Shown: in pieces, positions 30,728 through 32,000 of the stretch
How positions within the stretch are numbered: the stretch's first letter is position 1
How the letters are laid out: every line of letters begins with the position of its first letter
DNA from: Candidatus Methanoperedens sp.
GTDB taxonomy: Archaea > Halobacteriota > Methanosarcinia > Methanosarcinales > Methanoperedenaceae
Assembly: GCA_027460535.1 (NCBI GenBank)
Contig: JAPZAR010000034.1
Location: 1 to 32,000, forward strand
Direction: 5' to 3'
DNA: 32,000 bases
Program-made: the position numbers and the translations under genes
The notes under the pieces: model-generated
Told to the model about the DNA's origin: nothing
Databases searched by the model: none
Seen by the model: only the letters and a program-made list of their open reading frames with translations

Positions 30728-30875
30728 TTTACGTGACATAAGTCTCTTGCTGGATAATTTGAATCCTCAAACCCGGTTGGGCAGTTATAGACCGGAATAT
30801 TCATGAACAATTCCGAAATCTATATTAAGCAGGACTAAAAAACAGTATGCAGGATAGATAAGAAGTGCATTTCCA

Positions 30876-31250
30876 TTGAACACATATACCTTGTACAGAT
30901 ACATAGAATTTCTAATGTTTGCATTATATTTGATTTTCATTTTCTATTCTATTCAAATCTGGTTCTTATGGAAGGATATAGATAAAAACAAATTAACATT
31001 AAATACCTTTGTCAGTGATTCATTTTTTAAGAAAAATTGCCTTTATGTCTTCCTTTTCAGTATATTTTTTATGATCCATGAATTTTTTGAAGGGATAAGT
31101 CTCGCGGATTCCGTGGTATATTTTGAGTTTTTTGATATGCTTGCAGTTTTCGGGTTATTATTGTTCGCACATCAGTGGTATACGGTGTTAAAAGCATGCG
31201 CAAGTAAAAAATCTCTGCCAAAAGAGTTGATTGACTCTATCAAGCAGTAA
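30876..31250 (+). CDS. Hypothetical multi-TM membrane protein
   Basis: 124 aa with a non-ATG (TTG) start in the track. It has three or four hydrophobic helices and is very AT-rich. It is divergent from the actin-like operon. Start and reality are uncertain. Confidence 0.45.
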   Translation: MNTYTLYRYIEFLMFALYLIFIFYSIQIWFLWKDIDKNKLTLNTFVSDSFFKKNCLYVFLFSIFFMIHEFFEGISLADSVVYFEFFDMLAVFGLLLFAHQWYTVLKACASKKSLPKELIDSIKQ

Positions 31251-31335
31251 ATTGTTTTCAAAAGAAATTCCCCTTTGCATTCGGTACTTATTTATACAGG
31301 GCTCATAATAACAATAAGTCGGACTGATATCAAAA

Positions 31336-31983
31336 ATGATTATAGTCAGTGAAGACGAAGATGATAGCGACTCTAGTCCGTTGTTTTTTTTAAGGCAGCC
31401 AGTGCAGGAAAGCGTACTTAATATAACCCATGACTACCGGTATTTGAGGATGGGATATTATGTATCTGCTCATGCGGAAACCTTTGGAGTAGAAGTCACA
31501 CCAAGCTGTACGGAAATAATGGATGCATACCGGAATCCACTTTTGATCGAGAAAGCGAGAAGGAATGGGTTGCGAACCAATGGTTACAGGCTGATAACTA
31601 AGCCAAAGGATGATTTGGCCACCCCTGCCCTTTTATTCGCCGTAAATCCTTTTACGAACAACTCGATGAAAGTCGTGAAGTCAGGTTCAAGATTACCGGG
31701 CATTATAAAGAAAATGAGCTTTGACGCCAGGTTTCCTGTTTCACTGCATCCTCTCACTGGAGAAGTCCTGGAAATAATCCAGATGTTCGGGGAATCGAAT
31801 AACGATGAGACATCGGAATTTGCGAAGAAATTTTTTGAGGTATTCAATATTCCGATATGCAAGTTGGTCGTTCAGGTAGATGACGGACAGGTTGTTTTGA
31901 ATCACTGCGAACCTGCCATGAAAAAAGAAGTAAAGTGGGATATCGTGCATGAGAAAGTGCTCGAAATAAGAAGGAAAAATTAA
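31336..31983 (+). CDS. Hypothetical protein, possibly a RimK-like ATP-grasp N-terminal (RLAN) domain protein
   Basis: 215 aa. YRYLRMGYYVSAHAETFGVEVTPSCTEIMD resembles the RLAN signature (GYY.S.lAE..G..v.Ps) as I remember it. The assignment is tentative. Confidence 0.5.
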   Translation: MIIVSEDEDDSDSSPLFFLRQPVQESVLNITHDYRYLRMGYYVSAHAETFGVEVTPSCTEIMDAYRNPLLIEKARRNGLRTNGYRLITKPKDDLATPALLFAVNPFTNNSMKVVKSGSRLPGIIKKMSFDARFPVSLHPLTGEVLEIIQMFGESNNDETSEFAKKFFEVFNIPICKLVVQVDDGQVVLNHCEPAMKKEVKWDIVHEKVLEIRRKN

Positions 31984-32000
31984 CCGCCATTTCCATTTTC

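Noticed and set aside
30670-30810. N-terminal extension of about 47 aa on the actin-like ORF in the track (MFMNIPVYNCPTG...).
   Set aside because: The extension is AT-rich and contains TATA-like elements and a GAGGA RBS placed for the TTG at 30669. It also precedes the conserved LFIGIDLGT phosphate-1 motif by far more than in actin-fold homologues. It is most likely promoter and leader sequence.
1-32000. Searched by eye for CRISPR arrays, rRNA genes, IS elements or transposases, long terminal repeats bracketing the AT-rich islets, and additional tRNAs.
   Set aside because: I found no regularly spaced repeat array, no rRNA-like sequence, no transposase- or integrase-like ORF and no convincing att-like direct repeats at islet borders. 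At islet 2773-4387 the only shared string is about 9 nt (ATGAAC.TTT), which is too short to count. A computational repeat search could still find what I missed.

Overview
The window reads as an archaeal chromosome segment, probably a methanogen- or ANME-type euryarchaeon. This rests on gene content only: Hef, SRP54, TRAM, an archaeal-type mevalonate pathway, a tRNA without encoded CCA, and TATA-like promoters with GGAGG ribosome-binding sites. The taxon cannot be proven from here. I support about 48 coding genes, one tRNA-Pro(UGG) and one gene relic. There is no rRNA, CRISPR array, transposase or integrase.

Housekeeping genes:
- hisI, SRP54, an FtsZ-family protein, Hef helicase/nuclease, ppsA and a class I fructose-1,6-bisphosphatase.
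- A bipartite lipoate ligase (LplA/LplB), rubredoxin, thioredoxin, a GDT1-family transporter and a U32-family protein.
- Three genes of the archaeal mevalonate route: the aconitase-X large subunit, a UbiD-like decarboxylase and UbiX.

Between these lie visibly AT-rich accessory islets (judged by eye, not computed):
- About 2773-4387: HepT/MntA plus an orphan protein with an Rx4H motif.
- About 10933-12294: an orphan 403-aa protein with a C-terminal HEPN-like Rx4H motif.
- About 16150-18252: a small multi-TM protein and an HNH-like protein that share conserved 3' terminator modules and repeat-rich flanks.
A second HepT/MntA pair sits at 25371-25999.

Best leads:
1. A MamK-like actin gene abuts a gene for an ArlD/E(FlaD/E)-domain coiled-coil protein (29008-30669). 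No archaellum or magnetosome genes are nearby.
2. An FtsZ paralog carries a proline-rich linker and its own C-terminal transmembrane anchor.
3. The cassette-like orphan genes at 16.1-18.3 kb.
4. The two orphan Rx4H (HEPN-like) proteins.

Three items absent from the ORF track were found by hand: rubredoxin, a zinc-ribbon gene coupled to its downstream neighbour, and an MscS C-terminal relic antisense to a false N-terminal extension. All family assignments come from motif recognition by eye. No database search was run.
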